NCBI GenBank assembly: GCA_041641295.1
Contig: JBEPYO010000001.1
Location: 416,001 to 480,000 of the forward strand
Source of the DNA: Nitrososphaerota archaeon
Lineage (GTDB): Archaea; Thermoproteota; Nitrososphaeria_A; Caldarchaeales; Calditenuaceae
Length of the DNA stretch: 64,000 nt
Reading direction: 5' to 3'
Position numbers and translations under genes: made by a program
Notes under the pieces: model-generated
What the model was told of the DNA's origin: nothing
The model's database searches: none
Seen by the model: the letters and a program-made list of their open reading frames with translations, nothing else
In this document: positions 29,892 to 39,929 of the stretch, one piece after another
How the letters are laid out: each line of letters starts with the position of its first letter
Numbering within the stretch: position 1 is the stretch's first letter

Positions 29892-31078
29892 GTCAGGGCA
29901 ACACCCCTAAGCCGGGCCTCACCACCCCAATTAATGTTTACTTTGTTCTCAACCGCTTCTCCTTTCTCAAGCTCCAGTATTACTTCACCACTAACACCCT
30001 GCTTCGCGTCAAGATACATTAAATACTTGTTTTCTTTGGGTATGTTGTCGTAGACAATCCGCCTCACACCGAAGCCTGCCCTAACAGCTATTGGTTCCAC
30101 AAACTCGGCTAGGTCTATACGCTCGCCATTCTTCTTGACAACGCCTAGCACGACTACGCATGCCTTATCCCATTTCAATACCCTGAATATTTCCCTGAAG
30201 ACCTCGTCCATGAAGACTGCGAATTTTTGAAGGGAGTTTGAGTGGAAGAGCCTCTCCGCTACACTCTTATAGTCTTCTCCTAAGAACCATAGTCTTAGCC
30301 AGTTGTCCCAAGCGTATGTCTGCATGTTAAGGTAGGGTGGTGATGTGATGACGAAGTCGACAGACTCGTCCTGTATTGGGAGGCTTCTCGCGTCATGGCT
30401 GTATGCCGCGCCATCCACGAGGTGGACGTGGGACTGGAGGACCCTTCTCGCCTTCATTAGAAGGCACTTGGGCAGGCTTCTGAGAGGCTTCTTCAGCCCT
30501 AATATTCTTTTAGACCTGGCAACGTATCCTGGAGACATGGAGAATGAGTGTGAACACTTCACCGATAGGCTAAGACTGCTTGAGCCGTGTAGTATTCCGA
30601 GGATTAGCGCCTTGATGAACATTCCAGTCCTAGAGTAGTCATCCATTAAGAGCTCCCGCGCAGCTAGGATTTGCCTGAGGGTTTTCCTGTGATAGAAGAC
30701 TTGAACCTCCTCGGGAACGTCATCATCGACTCCCCTCTCGAGATATTCCCTATTTCTCGAAACCCACTCCTCCACCTGGCTGTATGTGATTGGCTGTACC
30801 TTCGCGTGTGTTAGCACATACGCCTCTGGCGCCAAATCGTTACCCACTCCCACCCGGCCTGTAACGCAGGCTTCAAGAGGGGCGGTCCCCTTCCCCGAGA
30901 AGGGGTCTAGGACCACATCGCCCGGTTGGGAGTATTTTACGATATAGTAGTGTGCCATGGCAGGTGGGAATGAGCCAGTCCTCGAGCATAGGCGGTGCAG
31001 CGATGACCCCCAAGCGTGTGGCGAATACTTCCAACTCCCGCTTAGTTCCCAGCTTGACACATGCTTTAACTCCAGCAT
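29888..31078 (-). CDS. DNA amino-methyltransferase, alpha motif order (probably N4-cytosine)
   Basis: Motif I VLDPFSGKGT near N-terminus; motif IV VITSPPY near C-terminus. Confidence 0.88.
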   Translation of the reverse strand: MLELKHVSSWELSGSWKYSPHAWGSSLHRLCSRTGSFPPAMAHYYIVKYSQPGDVVLDPFSGKGTAPLEACVTGRVGVGNDLAPEAYVLTHAKVQPITYSQVEEWVSRNREYLERGVDDDVPEEVQVFYHRKTLRQILAARELLMDDYSRTGMFIKALILGILHGSSSLSLSVKCSHSFSMSPGYVARSKRILGLKKPLRSLPKCLLMKARRVLQSHVHLVDGAAYSHDARSLPIQDESVDFVITSPPYLNMQTYAWDNWLRLWFLGEDYKSVAERLFHSNSLQKFAVFMDEVFREIFRVLKWDKACVVVLGVVKKNGERIDLAEFVEPIAVRAGFGVRRIVYDNIPKENKYLMYLDAKQGVSGEVILELEKGEAVENKVNINWGGEARLRGVALT

Positions 31079-31216
31079 CTCGCGAGCGAGGCAACCCTTG
31101 CACCAGCATCTTTAACTATTGAGACGATTCTAATGCATCAGACTACTATATTATATCCAGGTGTAATATACTGGGAATGTCGAGAGCCTCAGAGTGGAGC
31201 TCCTCTGCCTATTACT

Positions 31217-31786
31217 TCAGACTGTCGCCTTGAATATCGGGAGAATCCCTAGGTATTCCACATCTTCGAACACTCCACCCTCCAAGAGGATTGCAGCCTT
31301 CTTGCGGACCCTCCCACCAGCCATAACGACGAGCTTCTCCAATGCGGAGAGGGTCTCCCTTGTACTCACTATGTCATCCACAATCCCCACATTTTTATCC
31401 TTGATGTATGGGACGTAGCGTCCATCAATGCAGAGCTTTATCGGGGCCTTGCTGGTCACTGGCTTGCACTCGGTGACCAGCGGGTTTATCATGAAGGGCT
31501 TCAACTCTTTTCTCGCCACTATGTATCTCTTGTGGTCTAGGATTTTGGCGATCTCGTGAACTAGCGGTATGCCTTTGCTCTCCGACGTGACCAGTATGTC
31601 GCACTCCCTTAGCCTCTCTGAGAGCTTCTCGGCGCACTTGGATATGAACTCCCTGTCTCCTAGGCTGTCGAAATAGGCTATCCACGTGTCCTCTGCTACT
31701 TTGAGGAGTGGGAGCCTACGCCTGATGCCCTCAACCTCTATCTCGTAGTATTCCCTATTCTGGTAGGGGAGGATTACCTCCTTCAC
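31217..31786 (-). CDS. Purine phosphoribosyltransferase (APRT-like)
   Basis: ESKGIP, ARK, PRPP loop IVDDIVSTRET. Confidence 0.85.
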   Translation of the reverse strand: MKEVILPYQNREYYEIEVEGIRRRLPLLKVAEDTWIAYFDSLGDREFISKCAEKLSERLRECDILVTSESKGIPLVHEIAKILDHKRYIVARKELKPFMINPLVTECKPVTSKAPIKLCIDGRYVPYIKDKNVGIVDDIVSTRETLSALEKLVVMAGGRVRKKAAILLEGGVFEDVEYLGILPIFKATV

Positions 31787-31810
31787 GGCTGATAGCGTCT
31801 ATGCTCTGGA

Positions 31811-33910
31811 TTAAAAGTTTAGCACGTCTTGGTCGCGGTGCTGGATTCCGAGGGTTTCGGCTATATATCGGATCGTGTGTCTCACTTTTAACCCGGTGAA
31901 TTGTCTGAGCTGTTGTGCGCAGACGCTGCTCTCGGTTGCAATCTCCATGCAGCCTGTCCCCAGTATGATTTCCGCGACCCTCCGGCCTATCTCCGCGCTT
32001 ATGAGGAAGCCTTCAGCACCCCGCCTCATCCCCCAGGTTCCGGCAATGCCGCAGCAGCCGTAGTCGAATGAAAGCACGTTCAGCCCCACTTTCTTCAGAA
32101 GGTCTTCAGAAGGCCTGCCGGGTGATAGGAGTCTCGAGTGGCATGGGTGGTGGTAGAAGACGTAGGTGTTGGATTGTAGGCCGGTGCCCGGCGATAGGGA
32201 CTTGGCTTCAGCAGCTATGAAGCTAGTGAGCTCCCAAGTATACTCCGCAACCCGCTGTGAGGCGGCCGTGTCTAGTATCTTTGGATATGCTTCGCGGAGG
32301 CAGTAGGCGGCTGTGGGCTCTGAGCAGACAATCCTCGCACCAGACTCTACGTAGCTTTTCAGCTTCTCGACGTTCTTTTCGGCGACCTTTTTAGCCTTTG
32401 AGAGGAAGCCATACTGGATGGAAGGCATTCCAGAGCCATACGTTCTCGGGACAGCTACTGTGAACCCTAAAGCCTCTAGGACCCTAACCACCAGTACCCC
32501 TATCCCCCAGTCTATATAGGCGGCATACGTGTCTGGGAAGTACACAATGTCGGCGTCTCTCCTGCTGAGATATCTTTCTCCTAGGATTCCGTAGAGGCTG
32601 CCTCCCCTGAACCTGTGCATCAGCCTCCGCCTATCTATGCCCAGCAGACCCTCCATGAGCCTTCTAGACACCCTGCTACCCTGGAGCCAGTTGAAGAGAC
32701 GTGGCAGGCGCGAGCCCAGCTTGGCGTAAAACTCATAAGTCGTCAGTATTCTCTCCCGTAGAGTTTTTTCCCCAGCTGCATGCTTAATCCAGGATATCGT
32801 CATTGGGATGTCTATCTGGACAGGGCAGACGTGTAGGCATAGGCTGCACGAGACACAATACTTTGCTATCACGGATGCGTCTTTGATGCCCTTCGTTATT
32901 GCAGTCCATGGAACACCCATCGGGCCCGAGTAAATGTCTCCGAAGACATGGCCACCCAATATGCGGAAAGTGGGGCAGACGTCCAAGCAGGCGGCGCACC
33001 TAATGCATCTGAGCGCATCCTTAAGCCAAGGATCCCTGCTCGCGCCCACGCGCCCATTATCCAAGAGCACGAGGTGGTATTCTGGCACCTTGACATGTCT
33101 CGACATTCCGCGGGGGCCTATAACTGTGATGTAGCTCGTCGCGTCTCTTCCCACAGCGCTTACAGGCAACACCCTCAACACGTTGAAGGCGTCATCCCAA
33201 GTCTCAACTATCTTCTCCACACCAGCAATAGAGACGAGTATTCTAGGCATAGTTGCGACAAGCCTTCCATTCCCCTCGTTAGTTACCAGTACTGCTTGCC
33301 CGGTCTCTGCAACCACAACGTTGGCACCTGTAATACCCATCCCCGCCCTTTTGAAGTCGGCCCAGAGGTCTTGGCGGAAGAATCTCGTTATCGCCTCCGG
33401 CTGTGGCGGAAGGTTAGCCCCCCTTTTCTCACTAACTAGTCTCGCAATCGCATCCCGGCTAAGGTGGACTGCTGGTGCGATGATGTGCGAGGGCCTCTGA
33501 CCGGCCAGCTGGACGATCCTCTCGCCTAGGTCTGTTTCGACGACCTCGATTCCCCGGCTGAGCAGCGCCTCGTTAAGCCCTATCTCCTCAGTCGTCATGG
33601 ACTTAGACTTGATTACGCACTTGACCCCTCTACTCTCGGCTAGACTGACGATGTATCTTCGCGCATCCTCCACCGTCTTGGCGACATAGACGTTTCCCCC
33701 CTCCTTCTTGGCAGACTCGACAGTTAGAGCTATGAGCCTCTCAAGCTCCTTGACCGTCTTCTCCCGCGACTCGAAGAGACCCGCCAGATATCCACGCTCC
33801 AGCCTCCCCATACTATCCCTGCTCCTCAGATGCATAGTTAGCATGCTGCGCCAGCGCGTCTCAATCTCCCACCTCTTCCCCAACGCCTCGAGGACTCTAG
33901 ACTTATTCAT
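31811..33910 (-). CDS. LutB/LldF-like lactate utilisation Fe-S protein fused to C-terminal CCG domains
   Basis: KSKSMTTEE, ETDLGE, PSHIIAPA, NEGNGR, two CxxCxxCxxxCP, HHPCH, GCCGIAG. Confidence 0.88.
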   Translation of the reverse strand: MNKSRVLEALGKRWEIETRWRSMLTMHLRSRDSMGRLERGYLAGLFESREKTVKELERLIALTVESAKKEGGNVYVAKTVEDARRYIVSLAESRGVKCVIKSKSMTTEEIGLNEALLSRGIEVVETDLGERIVQLAGQRPSHIIAPAVHLSRDAIARLVSEKRGANLPPQPEAITRFFRQDLWADFKRAGMGITGANVVVAETGQAVLVTNEGNGRLVATMPRILVSIAGVEKIVETWDDAFNVLRVLPVSAVGRDATSYITVIGPRGMSRHVKVPEYHLVLLDNGRVGASRDPWLKDALRCIRCAACLDVCPTFRILGGHVFGDIYSGPMGVPWTAITKGIKDASVIAKYCVSCSLCLHVCPVQIDIPMTISWIKHAAGEKTLRERILTTYEFYAKLGSRLPRLFNWLQGSRVSRRLMEGLLGIDRRRLMHRFRGGSLYGILGERYLSRRDADIVYFPDTYAAYIDWGIGVLVVRVLEALGFTVAVPRTYGSGMPSIQYGFLSKAKKVAEKNVEKLKSYVESGARIVCSEPTAAYCLREAYPKILDTAASQRVAEYTWELTSFIAAEAKSLSPGTGLQSNTYVFYHHPCHSRLLSPGRPSEDLLKKVGLNVLSFDYGCCGIAGTWGMRRGAEGFLISAEIGRRVAEIILGTGCMEIATESSVCAQQLRQFTGLKVRHTIRYIAETLGIQHRDQDVLNF

Positions 33911-34511
33911 CGAGCTCGACCCCCGCCACAATACACCCGCAACCGACTGGGCCGTGTACGCCGATGACGTGTGTCAGCTCGATGTCTGAGGTGCTGCTGG
34001 GACCCGATATTATGGCTACTCCGCCGGGCCTAGACTGCCGAATTAGGCTCGCAAGATCACGGTAGTTTTGGAGGATTTCACTCTCCTCCAAGAGAGCGAC
34101 GGAGTACTCAGGTACTAGTGATGCGAGGTTCGACGCCCAGTCGTCGAATATTACGACGCCACCAGTCTCCAAGATTCCAGCCTTGGCGCGGAAGACCCCT
34201 AGCGAATTGTTTCTATACTCTTCAATCTCCATCTCCACCCTATCTATCTCCAAAACCGTGTAGCCGCCCCTTCCCGCAAGCCCTGAGCGTATCCTTAACG
34301 CCAGCCCTTTAGAAAGCCCTCCCATGACAATTCTTCTCACACCCCAGCTAGAGGCCCAGTCGGCCAACACGTCTACGAGAGCATCCACGCTATGGACGTG
34401 TACAACCTGAAACCCATTATTTCTACACCTCTCCAGAAACCCCTCCACCTCGAGTCTCGCTCCACGCTTAGCTAACTTTGCTTCACGCTGCGAGTTGTTT
34501 CTCTCCGCCAA
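33903..34511 (-). CDS. LutC/LldG-like LUD-domain protein
   Basis: GILETG, SLVP, ISGPSSTSDIE, GVHGP; start moved to TTG 34511 below a TATA. Confidence 0.85.
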   Translation of the reverse strand: MAERNNSQREAKLAKRGARLEVEGFLERCRNNGFQVVHVHSVDALVDVLADWASSWGVRRIVMGGLSKGLALRIRSGLAGRGGYTVLEIDRVEMEIEEYRNNSLGVFRAKAGILETGGVVIFDDWASNLASLVPEYSVALLEESEILQNYRDLASLIRQSRPGGVAIISGPSSTSDIELTHVIGVHGPVGCGCIVAGVELDE

Positions 34512-34569
34512 CTGTTGCGGACTTGTCTTGGAAAGGATATATACCCTCCTCGCACTCAGTATACTTGCT

Positions 34570-35532
34570 ATGAAGTTAGGCATTTTTACTGTCCTATATA
34601 ATGAGGAGCCCCTCGAAAAGGTGTTGCGGTATGTCTCGGGCCTGGGTTATGAGGCTGTTGAACTTGCCGCCTGGCGCGGGAGCAATCACCTAAACATTGA
34701 TAAGGTGTTGAATGGTGGTGCGCAGGAGGTTAAGAGGCTTGTGGAAAAATATAACATGACAATCTCGGGCATCTCCAACCACTTGGAGGGGCAGCTGATA
34801 CTGGGGCCCCACGATTCCTCGACTGACGCCTTCTTCAAGGGCTCGCCAGAGGAGAAGATCAAGTATGGCATTGAGAGGATGAAGAAGACCGCGGAGGCTG
34901 CAAAGCTGCTGGATGTCAGTGTTGTGAACGGGTTTATAGGTTGTCCGAACTGGGGCGCATGGTATATCTTCCCAGCAGAGTATGAGAGGATCTACGAGAG
35001 CTACTTCACCCTATTCGCGGAGCGCTGGGGAGAGGTCCTAGACCATTTCGCAGCTAATGGGGTCAAGTTCGCCCACGAGGTCCATCCCCAGGAGGTCGTC
35101 TACAACATCGAGACGGCCGAGCAGGCGATAAAGGTGTTAAACGGTAAGAGAGAGTTTGGATTCAATTTTGACCCAAGCCATCTCGTCTGGCAGCTTATAG
35201 ATCCTGTGGTCTTCATCAAGAGGCTGGGTGACAGGATATACCATAGCCACGCGAAGGATGGAGAGCTTGTGAAGGAGAACCTCCCGGTCTCCGGCTCCAT
35301 CCCTACAGGGTCTTGGACAAGGCCGACCAGGGGCTTCCGCTTCAGGATACCCGGCTGGGGCGACGTCCCGTGGAAGAGGGTGATAACAGCCCTAGCTGAA
35401 GTGGGCTACGACCACGTCTTGAGCTATGAGCATGAAGACCCAGTGATGAGTAGGGAGGACGGTGTTGAGAAGACCGCGGCCTTCCTAAAACCACTACTCA
35501 TCAAGAAGCGGCTGGAGAAGGTCTGGTGGTAG
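34570..35532 (+). CDS. Sugar phosphate isomerase/epimerase TIM barrel (IolE/LgdB-like)
   Basis: MKLG start; metal ligands AHEVHP, NFDPSHL, HSHAKD, SYEHED. Confidence 0.88.
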   Translation: MKLGIFTVLYNEEPLEKVLRYVSGLGYEAVELAAWRGSNHLNIDKVLNGGAQEVKRLVEKYNMTISGISNHLEGQLILGPHDSSTDAFFKGSPEEKIKYGIERMKKTAEAAKLLDVSVVNGFIGCPNWGAWYIFPAEYERIYESYFTLFAERWGEVLDHFAANGVKFAHEVHPQEVVYNIETAEQAIKVLNGKREFGFNFDPSHLVWQLIDPVVFIKRLGDRIYHSHAKDGELVKENLPVSGSIPTGSWTRPTRGFRFRIPGWGDVPWKRVITALAEVGYDHVLSYEHEDPVMSREDGVEKTAAFLKPLLIKKRLEKVWW

Positions 35533-35550
35533 TCGGGAGGGTGGTTAGGG

Positions 35551-36690
35551 ATGGTCAGGGAGATAGGCGTAGGCATGCTGGGCTACGCCTTCATGGGCAA
35601 GGCTCACAGCAACGCCTTCATCAAGATGCCGAGGATGATGCAACAAGTCCCCGCCCTCCCCAAGCTCGTAGCAATATATGGACGGACTGAGCAGCAGGTG
35701 AAGGCAGCGGCTGAACGATTCGGATACAAGCGATACTACACCGACTGGCACAAGCTAGTACAGGACGCTGAAGTCGAGCTCGTTGACAACGGACTCCCAA
35801 ACAACCTGCACAAAGACCCATGCATAGAAGCTGCCGAACGCGGCAAGCACATCCTCTGCGAAAAACCACTGGCCATGAATGCGAAGGAGGCTGAGGAGAT
35901 GTACCGGGCGGTGGAGAAGGCGGGCGTCAAACACATGGTAGCCTTCAACTACAGGTTCGTCCCCGCAATCGTGCTCGCTAAACGCCTGATCGAGAGGGGC
36001 GTGATAGGTAAGGTCCTACAGTTCCGGGGAGCCTACCTCCAAGACTGGATAATGGACCCGTCATTCCCCCTAGTCTGGAGGCTTAGACGAGAGGTGGCTG
36101 GCAGCGGCGCGCTCGGCGACCTCGGCTCCCACGTGTTTGACTTGGCGCGCTATCTGGTGGGTGAGGTTGAGGCGGTTATGGGGCTGACCAAGACCTTCAT
36201 TGAAGAGAGACCACTCCCCGAGAATCCCTCGCAAAAGGGCAGGGTTACTGTGGACGACGCCTTCATATCCCTCGTCAAGTTCAAGAATGGCGCTATCGGT
36301 TCTGTGGAGGCGACCCGGTTCGGGGCAGGCTGCAAGAACCTCCTAAGGGTTGAGATCCACGGCTCGGAGGGGACGCTCGTATTCAACTTGGAGAGGCTCA
36401 ACGAGCTTGAGCTGTTCGAGAGGAGGGGTGATGCCGAGACGCAGGGGTACCGGAGAATACTTGTCACAGAGCCCGCCCACCCCTACATCGCCAACTGGTG
36501 GCCCCCGGGACACATAATTGGCTGGGAGCACACCTTCGTCCACGAAATACACCACTTCCTCGACTGCATAGTGAATGATAAGCCAGTCGCACCGATGGGC
36601 GCCACATTCCTCGACGGTCTCAAGAACAATCAGATACTAGACGCTGTCTTGAGGTCTGCGGAGACTGGGCGCTGGGAGCAGATACCCTAA
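35551..36690 (+). CDS. Gfo/Idh/MocA oxidoreductase, levoglucosan dehydrogenase-like subgroup
   Basis: GYAFMGKAHS, CEKPL, AFNYR, YLQDW, GSGALGDLGSH, WWPPGH. Confidence 0.88.
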   Translation: MVREIGVGMLGYAFMGKAHSNAFIKMPRMMQQVPALPKLVAIYGRTEQQVKAAAERFGYKRYYTDWHKLVQDAEVELVDNGLPNNLHKDPCIEAAERGKHILCEKPLAMNAKEAEEMYRAVEKAGVKHMVAFNYRFVPAIVLAKRLIERGVIGKVLQFRGAYLQDWIMDPSFPLVWRLRREVAGSGALGDLGSHVFDLARYLVGEVEAVMGLTKTFIEERPLPENPSQKGRVTVDDAFISLVKFKNGAIGSVEATRFGAGCKNLLRVEIHGSEGTLVFNLERLNELELFERRGDAETQGYRRILVTEPAHPYIANWWPPGHIIGWEHTFVHEIHHFLDCIVNDKPVAPMGATFLDGLKNNQILDAVLRSAETGRWEQIP

Positions 36691-36703
36691 AAGCGTTTAT
36701 CTA

Positions 36704-37405
36704 TTATCTGTCCTGATAGGATAGGCCTAGCGCGCTTCGGAGGAGTTGCTGGCTCTCCGCCAAGCGGTCACGCCCAATGATCGCTTTTATCTCTCCCGCC
36801 TCCATAAGTGCTAGCTTGTCTGCTAGCTCGAAGACTAGGGCCGGATTCTGTTCTGCAATTATGGCTGACGCGCCCTGACTGGTGAGTTGCTTAACAGCCT
36901 CTACCATCCGCCGGATTATAGGTGGAGCAAGCCCTGTGGCAGGCTCATCCATCACCAAGAGCTTTGGCCTGGAGGCTATGGCTCGCGCTACCGCAAGTAT
37001 CTGCTGTTCACCACCGCTGAGCTTGCCTCCCTTCCTATCTCTGAGGGGCTCTAGCTCGGGGAATAGCTTGAAGGCCTCTTTCAAGATCTCTCCGTTTAAT
37101 CCCTCCGCTATCCGGAGATTCTCCTCGACGGTCAGCCTAGCGAATACCCCCCTGTCTTGGGGGACATATCCCACACCCATCCGCGCTATCGCGTGGGGGC
37201 TCCAGCCCGTGACATCATGGCCGTCTATCACTACCCTTCCGCTCATAGGTCTTATGTGTCCTACGACCGTCTTCAGCAGTGTCGTCTTACCAACCCCGTT
37301 TCTACCCATAACAAACAGCACCTCACCCTTCTCTACCTTGAGGGAGATGCCTCTCACAATCTTGAGCCCGTAGTATCCTGACACCAGTCCACTTATCTCC
37401 AGCAT
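36704..37405 (-). CDS. LIV-type ABC ATPase (LivF-like)
   Basis: GRNGVGKT, LSGGEQQ, DEP. Confidence 0.92.
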   Translation of the reverse strand: MLEISGLVSGYYGLKIVRGISLKVEKGEVLFVMGRNGVGKTTLLKTVVGHIRPMSGRVVIDGHDVTGWSPHAIARMGVGYVPQDRGVFARLTVEENLRIAEGLNGEILKEAFKLFPELEPLRDRKGGKLSGGEQQILAVARAIASRPKLLVMDEPATGLAPPIIRRMVEAVKQLTSQGASAIIAEQNPALVFELADKLALMEAGEIKAIIGRDRLAESQQLLRSALGLSYQDR

Positions 37406-38121
37406 CAGGACCCCCCTCTCAGATACACCTCTTCAATCTTCTCAGTAACCCAACTGTCCCTTGCGTTGCCAAGCGCCACAATCCTTCCACGACTCATGAT
37501 AGCGATCCTCGATGAGAGCGAGACCACGAAATCGACTCTATGGTCGATGATGATTATCGCCAGCCTCTCCGCCAAGCCTCTAAGGATCTCTACGAGGGTG
37601 TGCACCTCTAGACCGGTTAGGCCTTGGGTAGGCTCATCCATCACCAGCAACCGCGGCCGCGAGATGAGGGCCATGCTTATCTCTAATAGCCTTATTTGGC
37701 CGTGAGAGAGTTGGGAGGCTTTAAGTTCCAATACTGGTTGGAGGCCTAGTAAGTCCGCCGTTTCGATTATCCGCTGCCTAACGTCCTTGCCGGAGGTGTG
37801 GAGGGCGGCTAGTTCGAGGTTCTCGTAGACTGTGAGCGAGGGGAAGGACCGCGGTATTTGGTGGGTGTTGGCTATTCCTAGGCGGGCTCTTTTCCTCACG
37901 GGGAGACCGGTAATCTCTCTGCCTAGGAAGAATATTCTGCCGCTGTCGGGCTTGAGGGAGCCTACAATGACACCGGCTAAGGTGGATTTGCCCGCACCGT
38001 TTGGACCTATTATTCCGAGGATCCCTGTATCACCTACCTCGAGGGAGACCCCCGCCAGGGCCTGGACACCGTCAAAGGACTTTGAGATATCTTGGAGTGA
38101 GAGTAGGGGTCTAGGCTGCAC
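37405..38121 (-). CDS. LIV-type ABC ATPase (LivG-like)
   Basis: GPNGAGKS, LSHGQ, DEPTQGL. Confidence 0.92.
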   Translation of the reverse strand: MQPRPLLSLQDISKSFDGVQALAGVSLEVGDTGILGIIGPNGAGKSTLAGVIVGSLKPDSGRIFFLGREITGLPVRKRARLGIANTHQIPRSFPSLTVYENLELAALHTSGKDVRQRIIETADLLGLQPVLELKASQLSHGQIRLLEISMALISRPRLLVMDEPTQGLTGLEVHTLVEILRGLAERLAIIIIDHRVDFVVSLSSRIAIMSRGRIVALGNARDSWVTEKIEEVYLRGGS

Positions 38122-39070
38122 GGCTCCTCCACCTTCCCAGTATTTGGTAGGCCCACCGCAGCCTCCCTGTCGCGAGGGCGAAGGCTACAAGCCCGGCCCC
38201 AACAACCAGCACATGCCCCCTCAGGAGGCCTCGCGCAGTGTCCGCCAACAGGTTCACCAAGAGGCTTCCGAGAAAAGGCCCGAACTCCACGTAGGGGCCG
38301 CCCACGAGCACCCATAGGACAGGCTCCACGGAGTTGAGGACTCCAGCATATCCAGCCCCGACATAGCTGTATAGGAGTGCTAGGAGGGAGCCTGAGGCAC
38401 CGGATAGGGCGCCAGAGATCGAGAAGGCTAGGAGTTTGAGGATGGAGGTGTTGTAGCCGAGGCTCTCCAGCTTCTCCTCGTCATCTCTAACAGCCAGCAA
38501 CATGCGGCCCAGGCGTGAGGAGGAGAGGATGGTTATACCTGCTACCACGACAGTTAGTGCAATTAGTGAGACCATGTAGCGGGCGTCCAGCTCGGAGAGT
38601 AAGGGTTTGAGGGCTCCTGTGATGGTGGCCTCGCCTCTCAGGACCAGCCCCTGCTCACCCCCAGTTATCTCGTTAAAGTGCAGTGCGACTAGGTAGAGCG
38701 CCTGTGACGCGAGAAGGGTCCCTATCATCAGGTAGGCTCCGCCGACACGCATAGCGAGTACGCCCAAAAGCATGGAGAGGAGCACCGAGGATGCGACACC
38801 AACAGCCAGTGCCACGAAGGGGTCTGGCGAGATGTAGTAGGCGTAGAGGCCAGCGCCGTACATGCCGGCTGCGAATAGAGCCGCATGCCCCAGACTCATG
38901 ATGCCAACCATCTGGAAACACACGGCATAGCCGTAGGAGTAGATGGACAGTATCATGATTCGGGCTACCAAGGCTTTTTGATACTCTGGAAGGAATGGGT
39001 AGGCTACTGCTAGGATTATCGGGATTGTGAGCGATGCTATAATTGTGGGCCGCGGCCTCAATACCTCCAC
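38111..39070 (-). CDS. LIV-type ABC permease (LivM-like)
   Basis: SLGHAALF, TGGEQG, GR.L.AVRDDE. Confidence 0.9.
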   Translation of the reverse strand: MEVLRPRPTIIASLTIPIILAVAYPFLPEYQKALVARIMILSIYSYGYAVCFQMVGIMSLGHAALFAAGMYGAGLYAYYISPDPFVALAVGVASSVLLSMLLGVLAMRVGGAYLMIGTLLASQALYLVALHFNEITGGEQGLVLRGEATITGALKPLLSELDARYMVSLIALTVVVAGITILSSSRLGRMLLAVRDDEEKLESLGYNTSILKLLAFSISGALSGASGSLLALLYSYVGAGYAGVLNSVEPVLWVLVGGPYVEFGPFLGSLLVNLLADTARGLLRGHVLVVGAGLVAFALATGRLRWAYQILGRWRSRAA

Positions 39071-39927
39071 ACCCCCCTAATCGAGCCGAGCCTCCTAGCT
39101 ACGACGTATATCAGGGCCAGAGTCAGTGTAAGGACCCTTGCCACTGTAGGCGCGAGGAAGAGGGCAGCGAGACTCTCTAGCAGGCCCAGCCCAACACCTG
39201 CCGCAATAGTCCCGCCAATCCTACCCACACCCCCCAAAACCACAACAACAAACGACACGGCAAGGGCGTCAAACCCCATGAGGAAGTGTATCTGCCTGAA
39301 GGGTGAGGTTAGAGCACCGGCAAACCCCACTAATGAGCCGGCCAGGGCGAAGCCAATCAAAAACACCTTGCTAGTGTCTATGCCTAGAGACTCTGCCATC
39401 AGCCTGTTCTCCTGAGCAGCCCGCAGAAGGGGGCCAATCCTACTCCGCTCAACACCAAGCCAGACGAGGAGACAGGCCATAAGCGAGAATAGGCCTGCGA
39501 AGAGCTTGAAGCCCGAGTAGCTGAAGCCAGAAAACTCTATGATGGGGTTAAAGGGGGGTGAGATCGAGCGCGGAGCAGGCCCCAGTATGGCTAAGCCCAG
39601 TTGCTGAAGGATGAGGAGGAGTCCAAAGGTTGCGAGAACCGTTTGGCCGGGCTCATGCCCAAACCTCTGGAGAATGAACATGTTTATAGCAACGGCCAGC
39701 CCCCCGACAAGAAGGGGGGCCGCGACCAAAGCAGAGGCATATGGGAGAGCAGCCTGTACCATGAGCCAGCTTATCATCGCACCGAGCATGTATAGCTCGC
39801 CATGGGTCAGATTCACGACATTCATTATACCGAAGACGATAGCAAGTCCGAGGGCTATGAACGCCATAACTGAGCCGTTGACTAGGCCATCAACTACCGC
39901 CAGCCCCAGATGCTCTAGAGGGAGCAA
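39058..39927 (-). CDS. LIV-type ABC permease (LivH-like)
   Basis: GL.IVFGIMNVVNLTHGE, VVVLGG.G. Confidence 0.9.
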   Translation of the reverse strand: MLPLEHLGLAVVDGLVNGSVMAFIALGLAIVFGIMNVVNLTHGELYMLGAMISWLMVQAALPYASALVAAPLLVGGLAVAINMFILQRFGHEPGQTVLATFGLLLILQQLGLAILGPAPRSISPPFNPIIEFSGFSYSGFKLFAGLFSLMACLLVWLGVERSRIGPLLRAAQENRLMAESLGIDTSKVFLIGFALAGSLVGFAGALTSPFRQIHFLMGFDALAVSFVVVVLGGVGRIGGTIAAGVGLGLLESLAALFLAPTVARVLTLTLALIYVVARRLGSIRGVWRY

Positions 39928-39929
39928 TT

